Below, in pieces: positions 40,920-55,374 of a DNA stretch of 64,000 bases. The notes beneath the pieces are model-generated. The model had not been told where the DNA came from, did not search any database, and worked only from the letters and a program-made list of their open reading frames with translations. The DNA is taken from positions 9,300,001 to 9,364,000 of the forward strand of contig OZ024750.1 in NCBI GenBank assembly GCA_964016885.1, in the 5' to 3' direction. The translations under genes were made by a program, and so were the position numbers. Position 1 is the first letter of the stretch. The number at the start of each line of letters is the position of its first letter. The DNA comes from Eledone cirrhosa (Eukaryota).

Positions 40920-41130
40920 GATCGACTTTCATCAAATCAGACCGAGGAAACAATGTTTTCGTCGGTCTTTCGAGTTGCTAATACTATCTATCGGTTGCAA
41001 CTCCAGGAAGAAGGAGCAACGTGAAATAAAGTGTCTTGCTCAAGGACTTAACACATCGCCCGGTCCAGGAATTGAACTCACACCTCAAGATTGTGAATCC
41101 AATTCTCTAACCACTCAGCCACACACCTTC
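40920..41130 (-). mobile_element. CORE-type SINE with a different 3' body (also at 53708-53910)
   Basis: Shared head and CORE plus GGAAACAATGTTT..TTGCT.ATACTATCT body in both copies. Confidence 0.75.
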
Positions 41131-41455
41131 ACTTCAAGCTTTAACCCTTTAGCATTTAAATTGGCCAGATCCACCTAGAATTCTCTCACCTCTTTCTTTT
41201 CAAACCGGCCGTAACCTGCCACTGATACTGATGTTATGGTACTGTAGAAATCAAGCCCCAAATCGGTTCTGTATGAGCATGACATGGTCACCTGACCTAG
41301 CATTGCTCACAACAGGATAACTCATCTAACCCATGCTAGCGTGGAAAAAATTGATGTTAAGCGATTATGATGAATCATATTCTGTTTTCCTGCCATAATA
41401 CAGTCTTTTCGTTGTAATTCATCATCATGATCATTGTAATTCATCATCAGTTCAT

Positions 41456-41803
41456 CGGGAATTGTCCTACTTGAGGCAAGATTGGTTAGGTGACCATGTC
41501 TCGCTCGTATAGGACTCTCTGGCAGGTTTTCTACAGCTGGATGCCCTTCCTAACACCAACCACGTTTACAGTGTGGACTGGGAGGTTTTTACCGTGTTAC
41601 CTACACGGTCACATTACAGCGTGGACTGTGTGTTTTTTTTGTCGTGACACCTACATGACCTCATTTATTTTGGACTGGATGTTGTGGTACCAACATAACT
41701 TTACAGAGAAAGGGTGGTGTTGGTGGGTGGGGGTGGGGGAAGTAGGGGTAGTGGGATGGGGTATATATTTGGTTCAGAGGTGCCTACTGACTGTAGGTTT
41801 CGC
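41456..41803 (-). mobile_element. RTE-family 3' UTR fragment
   Basis: Closely matches 14345-14672. Confidence 0.85.
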
Positions 41804-42304
41804 TTCAATATCTCAAAATGTTTTCACTCCTAAACCTAAATGTTAAAAACCAAAATAATATAACTCTTCCAAATTAATCTGCCATTGATCACCTATTTTT
41901 AGAAAGAAAAAAAAAAATATTATTAAGACCTTGGAAGATGTTATTATTTACTAAAAATATTCATTCAACAAAAAACATTATTAACACTTCAACATTAGAT
42001 CATTATTTCTATTTACTTATTTATTATTTTTATTATTATTATTATTTATTATTATTATTTATCTATTATTTATTTATTTATTTTATTTAACATTTATTTA
42101 TTTTATTTATTTTTTTTTTTTTTTTTTTTATTTATTATTATTTTCATTTTTATATTTGTTATTTATCTGATTTATTATTATTTTCTTGTAAGCAAGAAGC
42201 TTACTGAGGCCTTAAATGTCTTATGTTTTTATCCAAATAAAAACCTCTCACATACATTCTGAAATCTTTTATAAACACATAATACATACTCACAAACACG
42301 ACTG

Positions 42305-42344
<40 letters not shown>

Positions 42345-43119
42345 GTAGATAAATATATATATATATGTACACATAGATAGATATATATAGGGAAAAGCGG
42401 ACGTAAAATGATGATGATAATGATGATGATGATATACACATAGATAAATATATATATATATATAGTGTATATATAGATAAATAGATGAAATAAAAAGCCA
42501 TGGAACTTTCATATGTATTTTATTTGTATAAACTCCGAACAAAACATTTTTTCAATCAAATGACAGTCAGCTTATTTTAGTGAAGAGACAAGATGTCTAT
42601 TTATTGTTGATTTCTGATGTATTTACTTTCATTTATACATTTTTTGTTGTTAGAAGTAGTTTTTAAAGGGTTTATATATATATATATATATAAACAGTAT
42701 TCTATACTTGTATGATTGTGAAGATCTATACACATTTTTTTATTACTAACCTTCTCATGTTGCTGTGAAGCATCTAAAGCAATAAACGTGTGGTACAATT
42801 TGAATTCACTCACCATAACTTGTAAAACAGTTGAGTTATTTTTTTTGACTCCCTATATTATCTGTACAATTGTGATTATTTTAGGCCTTCACTTGATGTG
42901 AATCATAAGTCTGAGAAAGTTTCATTGCTTATATTGTTCATCATCATCATCATTTTTACATCCGTCTTTCAACACTTGCATGGGTTGGACAGGTCCTTCT
43001 CAGCACAGCATCTTTCCACTTCCTGCATTTCTTCATCATCTTTTCTGTGAGTCTCACTGAAAATTTAATCCTAATTCTTAGTGAAGATTTCCCACTACAA
43101 AGTTGAGTACAACTGTTGT

Positions 43120-43320
43120 TGTTTAGGTCAATTTTGCCTTTCATCCATTCGAGGCCCATAAAAAAAGTACCAGTCTACTATTGGGGTCGATTATTCTAAT
43201 ATATTTCTTTCTCACTTCTTTTCTCTAACTCTCTATTCTTCTCTAGACGAAATCTGCTGTGCTCAGGCCAGAAGAGAGGATAGCCCCCCCCCCCCCCCCT
43301 CCAGGTTTTAAAATGCCCCC
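43120..43320 (+). mobile_element. S1-core SINE variant with a long tail ending CCAGGTTTTAAAATGCCC (second copy 60847-61085, -)
   Basis: Two mutually similar copies in opposite orientation. Confidence 0.65.
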
Positions 43321-43376
43321 AAGGAATTCCATATGTTAATATGGTTCCCCCTACGACTCCCTTGGGAGTTACAGGT

Positions 43377-44485
43377 CCATACTATACCATACCACACTAT
43401 ACCATACCATACCACACCATACCACACTATACCATACCATACCTCATCATACCACACCATACCATACCATACCATACCACACTATACCATACCATACCAC
43501 ACCATACCATGCCACACTATACCATACCATACCATACCATACCATACCATACCACACTATACTATACCATACCATACCATACCATACCACACCATACCAT
43601 ACCATACCACACTATACCATACCATACCACACCATACCATGCCACACTATACCATACCAACCACGGCCACGCTATGCCATGCCACACCATACCACACTAT
43701 ACCATACCACACCATACCACACTATACCATACCATACCACACCATACCACACCATACCATACCACACCATACCACACCACACTATACCATACCATACCAC
43801 ACCATACCACACTATACCATACCACGCCATACCACACTATACCATACCATACCACACCATACCACACCATACCATACCATACCATACCATACTATACCAT
43901 ACCACACCACACTATACCATACCATACCAGACCATACCACACCATACCATACCATACCACACTATACCATACTATACCACACCATACCACACCACACTAT
44001 ACCATACCATACCACACCATACCACACCATACCATACCATACCATACCATATCACACTATACCATACCATACCACACCATACCATGCCACACTATACCAT
44101 ACCATACCAACCATGTCACGCTATGCCATGCCACACCACACCACACTATACCATACCACACTATACCATACCACACTATACCATACCACACCACACCACA
44201 CTATACCATACCACTCCACACCTTACCATACCATACCATACTATACCATACCACACCATACCATACCACACCACACCACACTATACCATACCACACCACA
44301 CCTTACCATACCATACCATACCATACTATACCAACCACGCCACGCTATGCCATGCCACACCACACCATACGATGCCACGCCACACTGCAATGCACCACAC
44401 CACACCACACCACTGGTACACCACACCATGCCACGCCACACTGCACCACACCACACCACTGGTACACCACACCATGCCACGCCAT
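43377..44485. repeat. Pentanucleotide satellite (CCATA/CCACA/CTATA)n
   Basis: Directly visible; source of the HTIPY ORFs. Confidence 0.97.
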
Positions 44486-44621
44486 ATATTAAATAGAAAT
44501 TGTAATAGGACATGACCTAATGATATTCATCTGAGAGATCTTGGCTTTAGTTGTTCTATTAAACACAACTGCTTGTCATAGTCAGCCAATATTCGATGTT
44601 CATTATTGATATCTTGTATCT

Positions 44622-44809
44622 TGAGAGCGGTGGATTGGCAGTATTGGTAGAGGGTCGGACGCCATGCTTTCCAGCATAGTTACGTCCCTTTATGGTCTGA
44701 GTTCAAATCCCGCCGAGGTTAACTTTGCCTTTCATCCTTACGGGGTCGATAAAATAAAGTACCAGTAATGTACTGGGTAATTGCTGGCCTTGTGCCAAAA
44801 ATAGAAACA
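44622..44809 (+). mobile_element. SINE family S1 with 20-bp TSD
   Basis: ATTATTGATATCTTGTATCT at 44602-44621 and 44810-44829. Confidence 0.92.
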
Positions 44810-45904
44810 ATTATTGATATCTTGTATCTATATCAAATTTTCCCATTATTTCTCAAATTATCCAAACAAAAAATGTTTGTTTGTTTTTTTTTTTGCGATA
44901 CTAGAAAAGAATTTAGTAATATTGAAAATAGTGTTAACACAATGGTGTAACTCCCTTGTGTGGATACCCAGTGTTTTACCAATTAATATTTATGAAGAGC
45001 TTGATGAGAACTACTTCAAATACTTTGGTGGTGTTATTAGTGGTTAGAAAGGTTTTTATAATAAGAATAATAATAGGTCTTTCCTTATTTTTGTTTTTAC
45101 TATTTGAAGCAGCCATCATCTAATATTAGCTGTGAAATATTACTAAGTCCTGTGTTGATTATCTATAAAGGTTAAAAGCCATGTTAGATATTACAGTCAG
45201 TATGGGATGTATAGATGTATGTGGACTAGAATTAGCTTTCTTGGGGCATTCACTGTTATTATTTTTATTACTGTTGTTGTTGTTATTGTTATTCTTATTA
45301 TAGGGGAGGCATTAACCAATGTTCATTGATATTCTATATGCAGATCCTATTACAGCTGTCTTGGTTAGGTCATTGTTCTAGCTGTTAATATTGTTCTATC
45401 TGTTTACCTTTAACCCTTTAAATCAGCTCTGATCCAGTAAACAGACCTGTGTGTAAACAGTCACCAACTTGTGTTGTTTTTTGTTTTCCTAAAATTTCAG
45501 TTAATGCATCTAGCAACACAATACCAGAATATATCAGCCAATAGCTTGTAATTAGAGGAAAAACTGCAGGTTTCTCATAGAGGCTATTTTGTTGCCTAAT
45601 TAATATTGGTTGTCTTAGGGGTTGTTTGAGGACTCTGCCCTCTATGACACTCTCGGGGAGGAGGAGGAAATACAAACCTTGTTCCAATTATTTGTGCCAA
45701 GCTGACTTTGATATGTAAAATTGGCGGGGGTTGTGTATTCTCATTTGTTTGTGTATGAGGGGCTCTCCCACCCCCATATCTGATATGCCCCAAACACCCC
45801 ACAAAGTCTAAATCCAACCCTGTCCTAGGCTGCTTCTCACTTAACTCATATGAAATCGACGGCTAATAACAATTTCTCCAACACCCAAATGAGAAATTAA
45901 CAGA

Positions 45905-46458
45905 ACCAAGCCTACCAGCCAACCAACCGACCAACCAACCAACCGACCAGTCAACCAACCAACCAACCAACCAGCCAGCCAGTCAACCAACCAGCAAACC
46001 AACCAACCAACCAGCCAGCCAGCCAACCAACCAGCAAACCAACCAATCAGTCAGCCAACCAACCAACAAACCAACCAACCAACAAACCAACCAACCAACC
46101 AGCCAGCTAGCCAGCCAGCCAACCAACCAGCCAGCTAGCCAACCAACCAGCCAACCAACCAACCAGCCAGCCAGCCTGCCAACCAACCAGCCAACCAGCC
46201 AACGAACCAACCAACCAACCAACCAACCAACCAGCCAACCAACCAACCAACAAACCAACCAACCAACCAGTCAGCCAACCAACCAACAAACCAACCAACC
46301 AACCAACCAACCAGCCAGTCAGCCAACCAACCAACCAACCAACCAACCAACCAGCCAGTCAGCCAACCAACCAACCAACAAACCAACCAACCAACCAACC
46401 AGCCAGTCAGCCAACCAACCAACCAACCAACCAACCAACCAACCAACCAACCAACCAG
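45905..46458. repeat. (CCAA)n/(CCAG)n tetranucleotide array
   Basis: Directly visible. Confidence 0.97.
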
Positions 46459-46643
46459 CAGTCAACACAAGCCTCCAGGCATTTCCACTATTTACCAAAT
46501 CTCTGCTCTAATGTAACATTACTATAGCAATGAACTGGGGGAGAGAGAGAGAGAGGTGGGTAGAAGGAAGAAAGAAAGGAAGGAAGAAAGAACTAGCAGG
46601 AGATCAATTGAAATGTTGGAACTGGTTCAATGACTGGGGAGAA

Positions 46644-46688
<45 letters not shown>

Positions 46689-46791
46689 GAGTAAAAGAGA
46701 TTGAAAAGGAAAACATAAAAAGGAAGAGAAAAATGTGGTTTGTGTGTATATGAATATATTCCAGCCATATATATATATATATATATATATA

Positions 46792-46890
46792 CAGGGTGTC
46801 CCCAAAAATTGTATACACACTTTGATTACCTGTATAGGAAATATTTATTAGAATGCTGTTGAAGTGTGTATACATTTTTGGGGGTCACCT

Positions 46891-46892
<2 letters not shown>
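46792..46892. mobile_element. Tc1/mariner-type MITE
   Basis: About 30-bp imperfect TIRs CAGGGTGTCCCCAAAAATTGTATACACACTT / AAGTGTGTATACATTTTTGGGGGTCACCT; inserted in (TA)n. Confidence 0.8.
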
Positions 46893-46928
<36 letters not shown>

Positions 46929-47062
46929 ATGCTAGCGTGGAAGATAGATGTTAATCGATGATGATAATGATGATATATATATATATTTATATTTATATAT
47001 ATACATATATATCATCCTCATCAGTTTATATCCATTTGTCTATGTTGCTATGCACACAACAC

Positions 47063-47096
<34 letters not shown>

Positions 47097-47109
47097 TCAT
47101 TTTTTCATT

Positions 47110-47372
47110 TTTCATTTTACGTCCGCTTTTCCCTGCTTGCAAGGGTGGGACGGGAACTGATTCTGGCTTGATTTCTACAGCTGGATGCCCTTCCTAATAC
47201 CAACCTCATTTACAGTGAGTGCTGGGTGCTTTTTTGCCGTGGCACCTCCACGACCACTTTACAGTGGAATGATAGGGACCCCAGTCCCTACCATCTCATT
47301 TCTACAGCTGAGTAAACTGGAGCAATGTGAAATAAAGTGTCTTGCTCAAGGAAACAACACATCACCCGGTCT
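47110..47372 (-). mobile_element. Composite SINE S2, lacking the tRNA head
   Basis: Matches 25570-25835. Confidence 0.85.
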
Positions 47373-47557
47373 GTATATTGGTATAATCTTTATATAGTCT
47401 AAAGTATTGTCACACAGAGTTCCATACTTATCCAATCGTTCTTACACAAATAGCATGTTATTCTAACATCTGTTGTTTGTATGGAGATATCACATCTGTT
47501 GTTTGTATGGAGATCTCTAACTATGAAAATATGAGTAACCATGTACTGTAACTATAT

Positions 47558-47616
<59 letters not shown>

Positions 47617-48603
47617 TCACAAACCTGCACCCATCACCATATCACCCTAGTGCCCCCCCCCCCCCCACCACCACCACCACCACCAACAACAACTTTCAAG
47701 ATGCCAATCAGTGTCTCAGCTCAAACAACAAAATGTCAACACCCATGTTACTGACCAATGCTCCATCCCGCCCTCTCATACAGTTTTTATAAGATTACAT
47801 TGTTGTCGAAATTGTCCTCCCTTTTTTAAGACCATAGTGCATGATTTGAGGGAGATTTAGCTGCTATTTCTAAGTGGACAAATGACTATGTAGAAACTAC
47901 TTCATTGACTTGTGTCTATACAGTTTGTTGGATTAGATTCAATCAATGGATCCATTCTACCTGATATACCAAACAAATGCCAAGCAGATTGTTTATATAG
48001 AAGCAGGGTCTGTAAAGATTACAGTGGTGTTGGTGTTGGTGTTGGTGGTAGCAATGACAGAATAGCAATGGTGATGAGGAGGAGGAAGAGGAGGAGGATG
48101 ATGATGATTTGCAAGCATCTGGAGAAGTGACAAGGAATTAACTTCACTCAATATTTTACCCATTTAAGTAGAGGTCAAACTGTCAGGTTGTCTTAACATT
48201 CTTTAATAGTGATTACAGTATGAAGGAACTCAATGAAGAAGATAACTTTTAGAGCTCTTCTGACACAAAAGGATAGAAAGGACCTAGTGAAAGACAATAA
48301 TGGCTTGCTAGCTTTTACATCATCTTACACAATGACAGAGAACAAATAATATAAACAAATCAAACACAAACTATACAAAAACAGCAGTATATAAGTTTAT
48401 AAACCACAAATCTTGTGTGTTCCGGCAAGTTGATAGAAGAGAAAGTAAGAGAGTTAAAGAAAATGTTGTATTTATGTTTTTAATGATAAAATCCTTATTT
48501 CTTAGCATAGATTTCTACAAACATCTCTATAAAGGAAACTTGTACATGATCGCTTAATGTACTAAAAGAAATAGCATCCAAATTTACCTTGAATTTTACA
48601 CCC

Positions 48604-48950
48604 TTCTTCTTCTTCTTGAGAGGGTCACGGGGGGGGGGGGGGGCAAAAATTGTCAAACACTCCTTCCTGTCAGAAGCAACCATCTCCAACTGGTTTGGCT
48701 GGATCCCCAAGCGAGACCAGCCATGCTCATAGATGTTATCCAACCATCTTGCTTGGGGTCTACCCCTGGGTTTCCTGCTGGTTGGTTTTGCCCATAAAAT
48801 CTGTCCAGTGATTTTTTTCCTGTGGCATTCTAACCACGTTAGAGTGCGTAGCCCAGAGATCAGAGACTCACTCTCAGTACAGCTGTTACTTCTCTGAATT
48901 GAGAGATCACAGCTCTAATACTATGGACATGTGGTTAGAATGTCTCAGGA
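48604..48950. mobile_element. RTE-type LINE 3' fragments of another family (48604-48838 on -, short segment on +)
   Basis: The - strand encodes ...PRGRPQARWLDNI...SDRKE and ends in a (GAA)n tail; the + segment reads SQL*YYGHVVRMSQE. Confidence 0.65.
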
Positions 48951-49159
48951 AAACTTTACACCCAATCTTCCTAAATACAAAGTAGCCCATGATATACCAA
49001 AAAGTGAGATGGGTTAACCTGCAATATATTTTATTGTTGATCTACTCATCATGAACGACGTGGGTCTAAACAATAAAACACTTTATACATATCCTGTTTT
49101 ATACATATCCGGTATAATGCTTGACTAATTAATAATGTTTTAGTATAAATTATAATGAA

Positions 49160-49270
49160 TATCAGGTGTAGTGTTGGCGAATTTCAGGAAGCATGGAAGT
49201 TTTGAAGGATGCAGAATCCCGACAGTTAACGGCTGATGCAGATAGTTTGTTCCATGCTTCAGCAACTCCG
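49160..49270 (-). mobile_element. CR1-clade LINE ORF2 C-terminal fragment
   Basis: - strand translation VAEAWNKLSASAVNCRDSASFKTSMLPEIRQHY matches the W-N-x-L-P...F-K ending of CR1 ORF2. Confidence 0.75.
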
Positions 49271-49914
49271 ATAATATTTGTTTATTTATCTACATTTGAA
49301 AAGAAGATTCTTCGTTAGTTGTTTACCCAATAAACAATTTACACATCCTTATACTTCCAGCATTCTAGGTCCTTTAGTTGACCTTTTGATGCTTCTATTT
49401 CTTCTAGTTTCCATATGTTAAGCTCTTTTATTCTACTTATTTGAATTATGGAAGTTGCTTTCCTGGAAACAGCTTTTGAAAACGTTTTCTTATAATTCTA
49501 TGCAGCTGGTTTCTTGTTAGTTGCTGTAGTTCTGCCACAATATACAATAACCTTATTTAGACATTCTCTATTGAGCGACACAGCAGGAGATAGGTTCCAA
49601 CTTAACACTAAATACAATTTATACAGTCAAAGAAATTGTTTGTATGCAAACACATATAAACATACATATACATTCTCACACACACACACTTACACATATA
49701 CATACACACACAAACATACACACACAAACATATACACGCGCACACATGAAAACAAACAATCAGTGAAAATAAACCGTTCCAGATTCATAAGAGGAAAGAT
49801 TATAACCAATAATTTTCCATAGATGGCAAAAAAATCTATCTTATAAAAAATGTAAGTCAATAGTGCTGAGCCTGGTGAAACCACTAATCAAGGGAGTACT
49901 CAATACGTGCTGAT

Positions 49915-50212
49915 ATACAGTGTGGGCTGGGTGCTTTTTGTCGTGACACCTACACGACCACATTACAGTGTGGACTGGGTGCTTTTTTGTTGTGTCATCT
50001 ACACAACCACGTTACAGTGTGGACTGGGTGCTCTTTGTCGTGACACCTACACAACCACATTACAGTGTGGACCGGGTCGTTTTGTTGTGACACCTACACG
50101 ACCAAATTACAGTGTGGACTGGGTGCTTTTTGTCATGACATCTCTACGACCATTTTACAGTGGCAGAGGGTGGGGGAATACTGTCTATATGTTTCAGCTT
50201 CGGCTTGTACCC
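49915..50212 (-). repeat. Minisatellite of the 44-48-bp RTE 3' UTR subrepeat
   Basis: Five to six units TTACAGTGTGGACTGGGTGCTTTTTGTCGTGACACCTACACGACCAC. Confidence 0.85.
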
Positions 50213-51296
50213 ATATATATATATATATATATATGCATACATACATTGTCAGGAAAAGAGAAAGCTGTTATGTCACATATAGCAGTATATAGATAGATAA
50301 TCAAATATATATATGAAAGTAGATGTAAATATAGATATATATTAATAGCCAAGATAGCTGATTGCAATTCACTAAGAATTGTGTTATCTTGTGAAGAATC
50401 TTTCGAAGATTCTAAAGGATAATGAAACTAGAGAAATCTAAGAAATAATAAACTATTTATCAGAATAATTATTTCATTGAATTGTTTATGTATTTAATTT
50501 GCAAAATAATTTTCAAAATCTTATCAACTGAAATTTATATTGAATTAATCATTTAAATTACAATAAATAAATATAAATAAAAAATTTTTTGGAGATTTAA
50601 AAAAAAAAATTAATTAATGCTATAATTAAATTTTTAAAATATCACTTTAGATTTAACTAAAATAATTTCTATTTTTAGTCTGCTAGTATAAATGATTATC
50701 TGTGTGATCGCTATAAGGCAAAACTTTAAAAGACTATTCAAGCAAATATAATGCCAACCTCAGTACATTTGACAAGATTTTAAAGAATTTGTCACTTTTT
50801 TTTTCAGAATAATTGACATTTCAAATCTAATAGTAAAAAATAAAAATAAAAAAATAAAATAAAATAAAATAATAATAATAATAATAATAATAATGATTTC
50901 ATTTATTAGCCACAAGGGCCGACATAATAATAACAATAATAATAATAAAAGGAAGAAAAAAAATGTAAATAAAAATATTGGCTTTAACAGTTCCAGAAAA
51001 TTGAGTTTCTATAATCATCTATCAGTGAACTGGTAGAATTACAAGAGCTCTGGAGGAAATATCTAGCTGATTTTATTCCAATACTTTGTATTCTTAGTTC
51101 AAATGCTTAGCAACCTTCAAGGTCAACTTTGTATTTCATCATCCTGGGAGGGGGGATGTCATTAAAATATACTAGCAGTCAAATACAGGAACAGGGCAAT
51201 TTTGAATTTACGTGTGCCATTCAGAAAACCATATGGGCTGCACATAGTTTGTCAACCGCAGTTTATCTATGACTGCTTTACACTGCTACTTTATAA

Positions 51297-51514
51297 CCCT
51301 TTAGCATTTAAACCGGCCATATCCGGCCAGAATTATCTCACCTCTTTCTGTCCAAACCGGGTGTAACCAGCCCCTCATACCAACATAAAGGTATTGTTCT
51401 CAAAATAAATATCAAAATCTCATAGACTCGATATTATGTGAGATAATTATGTAAGATAAAGCCTTTACCCCGAAAATACAAGAGTATATATCAAGTAATG
51501 TAAATGCTAAAGGG
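51297..51514. mobile_element. piggyBac-type MITE
   Basis: 14-bp perfect TIR CCCTTTAGCATTTA / TAAATGCTAAAGGG with ATAA/TTAA flanks; a second left end lies at 41141-41220. Confidence 0.85.
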
Positions 51515-51669
51515 TTAATGCCATGATCTAACTCTAGGGCGTGTTTAATAGACCTTACTCTGCTGCAAGCATCTTGACCAAGTCTCTGATTTGAGAATAT
51601 CTGACCTAACTGCCCCTCTATACCATGTCTTGGAGGCTCTGAAAAATGTATTCTTTTAATTTAAAGCAA

Positions 51670-51850
51670 TGAATTGGCAGTATCGGTAGAGAGTCGGACG
51701 CCATGCTTTGATGCATAGTGTTACAGCCCTTGCCATTCTGAGTTCAAATCCCACTGTAGTTAGTTAACTTTGCCTTTCATCCTTACGGGGGTTGATAAAA
51801 TAAAGTACCAGTAATGGATAATTGCTGGCCTTGTGCCAATAGAAACAATT
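51670..51850 (+). mobile_element. SINE family S1
   Basis: Head, core and tail visible. Confidence 0.85.
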
Positions 51851-52115
51851 TAAAATGGTTGTGAACACTGTCCTTCCTCTTAGCTAAGTGATTAAATGAT
51901 GTGGAATTTATTATAAAGGTGTACAGACGTGTGTTTAATAAGAAACTTCATTATATTTTCATGTAAAGACATGTTTCATCTTATTTCTATTATCATAGAT
52001 AATCTTTTGTTGAGTGTGTTTCAGTAGAACTACAATAGGTGGAAAAGTAACCAACCAGACACAAACACATATCAATAACTATATATCATCCAGCATCTCA
52101 AATATATTAACATTA

Positions 52116-52259
52116 TGAGGGTGGGCTGAGAAGTTCATAGACTGAGACACTGTGAAATATTATGTGAAATATAATTTCCATGGACTATGATGAAAAATAA
52201 ACCTCATTTGGTCATTCCATGAGAGTATCTTAGTCAGTCAATGAAGTTTTCAGCTGACA

Positions 52260-52297
<38 letters not shown>

Positions 52298-52466
52298 GAT
52301 TGGCTGAAATGTTCATAGGCTAATTATGAAAGATTGATGCTAGGACTGTGAAATCTTGCTTGCATGAATTCCAACTCTTTTTGTTAATAACTGTATTGTA
52401 TCTTTCCAGCGACTCTGTTGAAATATGTACCACATTTGGTCATTCCATGAGGATATCTTGGTCAGC
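52116..52466. mobile_element. Two adjacent mariner-type MITEs (52116-52263 complete; 52294-52466 partial)
   Basis: TIRs TGAGGGTGGGCTGAGAAGTTCATAGACTGA / TCAGTCAATGAAGTTTTCAGCTGACACTCA with TA flanks. Confidence 0.7.
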
Positions 52467-53311
52467 AGCAGTATTTCAAAGGTATGTGAGTTTCAATTTC
52501 TAGACTTTATTTTACTTGAGTACATCCTATCTTTACTAAGGGATATATTTGCACTGAAATTTAAAAGCTATGACATATATTAGATAAAAAAAATATTTTT
52601 TGTAAAAATTCAAAATGAAATAAATAATTTATTTAAAAGTTTGAAATAAAACTTATGAATTATTTCAGCAAAACATTTGTTTCACTAAGAACATGTTGGT
52701 ATGAAAGGTTTACTGCTAGCTGAGAAAATCTGTTGTATTTATTCAACTGAAAAAGATCTAACTGTGGACAAGCATCTCTCTGTCACAAATAGATTTTGTT
52801 CAGGTGAATGATTGTGGCAGATTTTGTCTGCCAGCAAGTAATCTCATATAGCAACATATTCTGAATATACTAACTTCTAAAAGTAAATGTACTGAGCGAC
52901 AAGAGCTTATGCTATTATAGGCAAATATAGGTTATGATAGGACCCTAAAGTCTGGATGTGACAACCTCTCTTGGTTGGGCTGGTGCTATAATAAAATACA
53001 CTGACCAAACCTTAATGTTGGTGCTACAAAAATAAAAACAACAAAGAAAAAACACCCTGTATATTCTGTAAAGTGTTAGTGTCAGTGCCATGAAAACATG
53101 CACCCATTACATTCTGTAATTTTGTACCATTGTGGTGCCACAAAAATACACACTCTGTACACCCTATAAGGTGGTTGGATTTACAAAGGCATCCAGTCAT
53201 AGAAACTATGCCAAATATGGAACATATGAACATGACAGTTTATTCTGAAACATCTGGTCTTGAATCATGACAGCCCCTACAACCCATGCCAGTACGGAGG
53301 GTGAAATCATG

Positions 53312-53632
53312 ATCATCATCATCACCATTTTACATCCGTTCTTCAATACTAGCATGGATTAGATGGGTTGTCCTGTTGTGGGCAGTGTCCAGTCGGCTGA
53401 CCTTGTCTTGCTCATACAGGAACTGATTCCGGCTTGATTTCTACAGCTGGATGCCCTTCCTGACACCAACCTCATTTACAGTGAGTGCTGGGTGCTTTTT
53501 TTCATGGCACCTACATGACCACTTTACAGTGTGGACTGGGTGATTTTTTTACCGTGGCACCTCCACGACCACTTTATAGTGGGAGGGGTGGGGGCATATT
53601 GTCTATATGCTTCAGCTTCGGCTTGTACCCAT
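53312..53632 (-). mobile_element. RTE 3' UTR element (same subfamily as 11873-12212)
   Basis: Close sequence match to that copy. Confidence 0.8.
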
Positions 53633-53914
53633 GAAATATAAAATGCTAATCAATTGATTTAATAGACAATATCCAAAACCTCATTCTCTTACTGAGTGAG
53701 AGGGAGCTCATCTAATCAAACCAAGGAAACAATGTTTCCATTAGTCTTTCCATTGCTGATACTATCTCCTGGTCACAACTCCTGCCAGAAAGAGCAACAT
53801 GAAATAAAGTGTCTTGTTCAAGGATATAATGCATCATCCAGTCCAGGCATTGAACTCGCAACCTCACGACTGTGAATCCAATTCTCTAACCACTAAGCTA
53901 TGCACCTTTACAAA

Positions 53915-54325
53915 TAATAATAATTATTTCTACTTTGGTAAAAGGCCAGCAATTATCCCAGTGCATTACTGGTACTCTATTTTATCGACCCTGTAAGGAT
54001 GAAGGGCAAAGTTAACCTTGGCGGGATTTGAACTCAAACCGTAAAGGAGCGTAACTCTATGCTGCAAAGCATGGCGTTGGACCCTCTACCTATACTGCCA
54101 ATCGACCGCCCTGAAAATAAAACTAGTTTACATCCCTGGGTGGAGTCAAACTTTACAAATAATAATAATGGTGATTAACGTGCATTATTACGGCCCTTGC
54201 TATTCTGAGTTCAAATCCCGCTGAGGTTAACTTTGCCTTTCATCCTTACGGGGTCAATAAAATAAAGTACCAGTAATGTACTGGGATAATTGCTGGCCTT
54301 GTGGCAAAAGTAGAAACAATTATTA
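53915..54325. mobile_element. Two divergent S1 SINEs (53915-54112 -, 54188-54325 +)
   Basis: Core and tail in opposite orientations. Confidence 0.85.
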
Positions 54326-54377
54326 TATGTGTAATCATACATATAGACTGTCAGACATTAACAAGTGAAAAATCACT

Positions 54378-54433
<56 letters not shown>

Positions 54434-54438
<5 letters not shown>

Positions 54439-54628
54439 AATCAGTAGGACTCCGATGGCTGAGCTCAAGCCGTTTCGACGGCTAATTCTGGACTGAATTA
54501 GCCGTCGAAACGGCTTGAGCTCAGCCGTCGGGGTCCTACTCATTCCTATTACCCACTCTACTACCCTAAGTATTGAGTAATTTGGTGCGTTATGGTCCAT
54601 CTGGTTCCTTACCACATTTCATTCGTTA
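54434..54628. mobile_element. Fold-back element, family C (best preserved copy)
   Basis: About 55-bp inverted arms spanning 54434-54549 around a TGGACT spacer; (TA)n on both sides. Confidence 0.85.
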
Positions 54629-55374
54629 TATATATATATATATATATATGAAGGGTATACAATTTATTCCTTTACTGGGAAAAGATTGACACTGATTAGA
54701 AAGTCAGAAAGATTTGCCAGTGATGTATGAAAATATATGTGTGTGTTTGTGTGTGTGTATATATATATTTGCTTGAATGTGTGTGTGTATATGTATGTTT
54801 ATTTGCTTGAATGCTTGTGTATGTGTGAGTATATATTTGTATATCTACTTGAATGTGTCTGTGTGTGTGCGTATGTATGTATATTTGCTTTTGTATATAT
54901 ATATATATATATATTTATGAGTAGATGTAACCTGTCATGAATGGTAATATATTGGCCTGGTAGTTCATGAACTATGACTTAATATCCAATGTATAAAAGC
55001 TCCTGTATCTGGACATGACATTTAATTGTACATGGCTGAGTTGACATAGTTAAGTACAACCAGATATGATACATTGACATATCTCATGCAACATTCTATA
55101 ATATTTAGAGAGTTTTATGAAGTGGCATTGACAGAGATTCACAACTGCAACCTGGTTACAAACGAAATGAAATTCTTTATTATCAGAAAGTAAGGATAAA
55201 GTGTTACTTGAAAATCTTAGCTTTAGTTGTTATTTGTTACAACCGCCAAAGTAACTAAAATTTAATGTTTTGGGGCATACCTTTTCCTAATTTTGTGGAG
55301 GTGCATGGCTTAATGGTTAGAAAATTGGATTCACACTCCATGCAGGACTGTTTTCACCTTGGTCTCTATGGTTA

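Noticed and set aside
43333-44515. 387-aa HTIPY-repeat ORF
   Set aside because: Pentanucleotide satellite; all three + frames give the same repeat.
45501-45560. Exon after a strong acceptor at 45500 (similar cases near 32917 and 59938)
   Set aside because: Frames close quickly or show no recognisable protein, so the support is insufficient.
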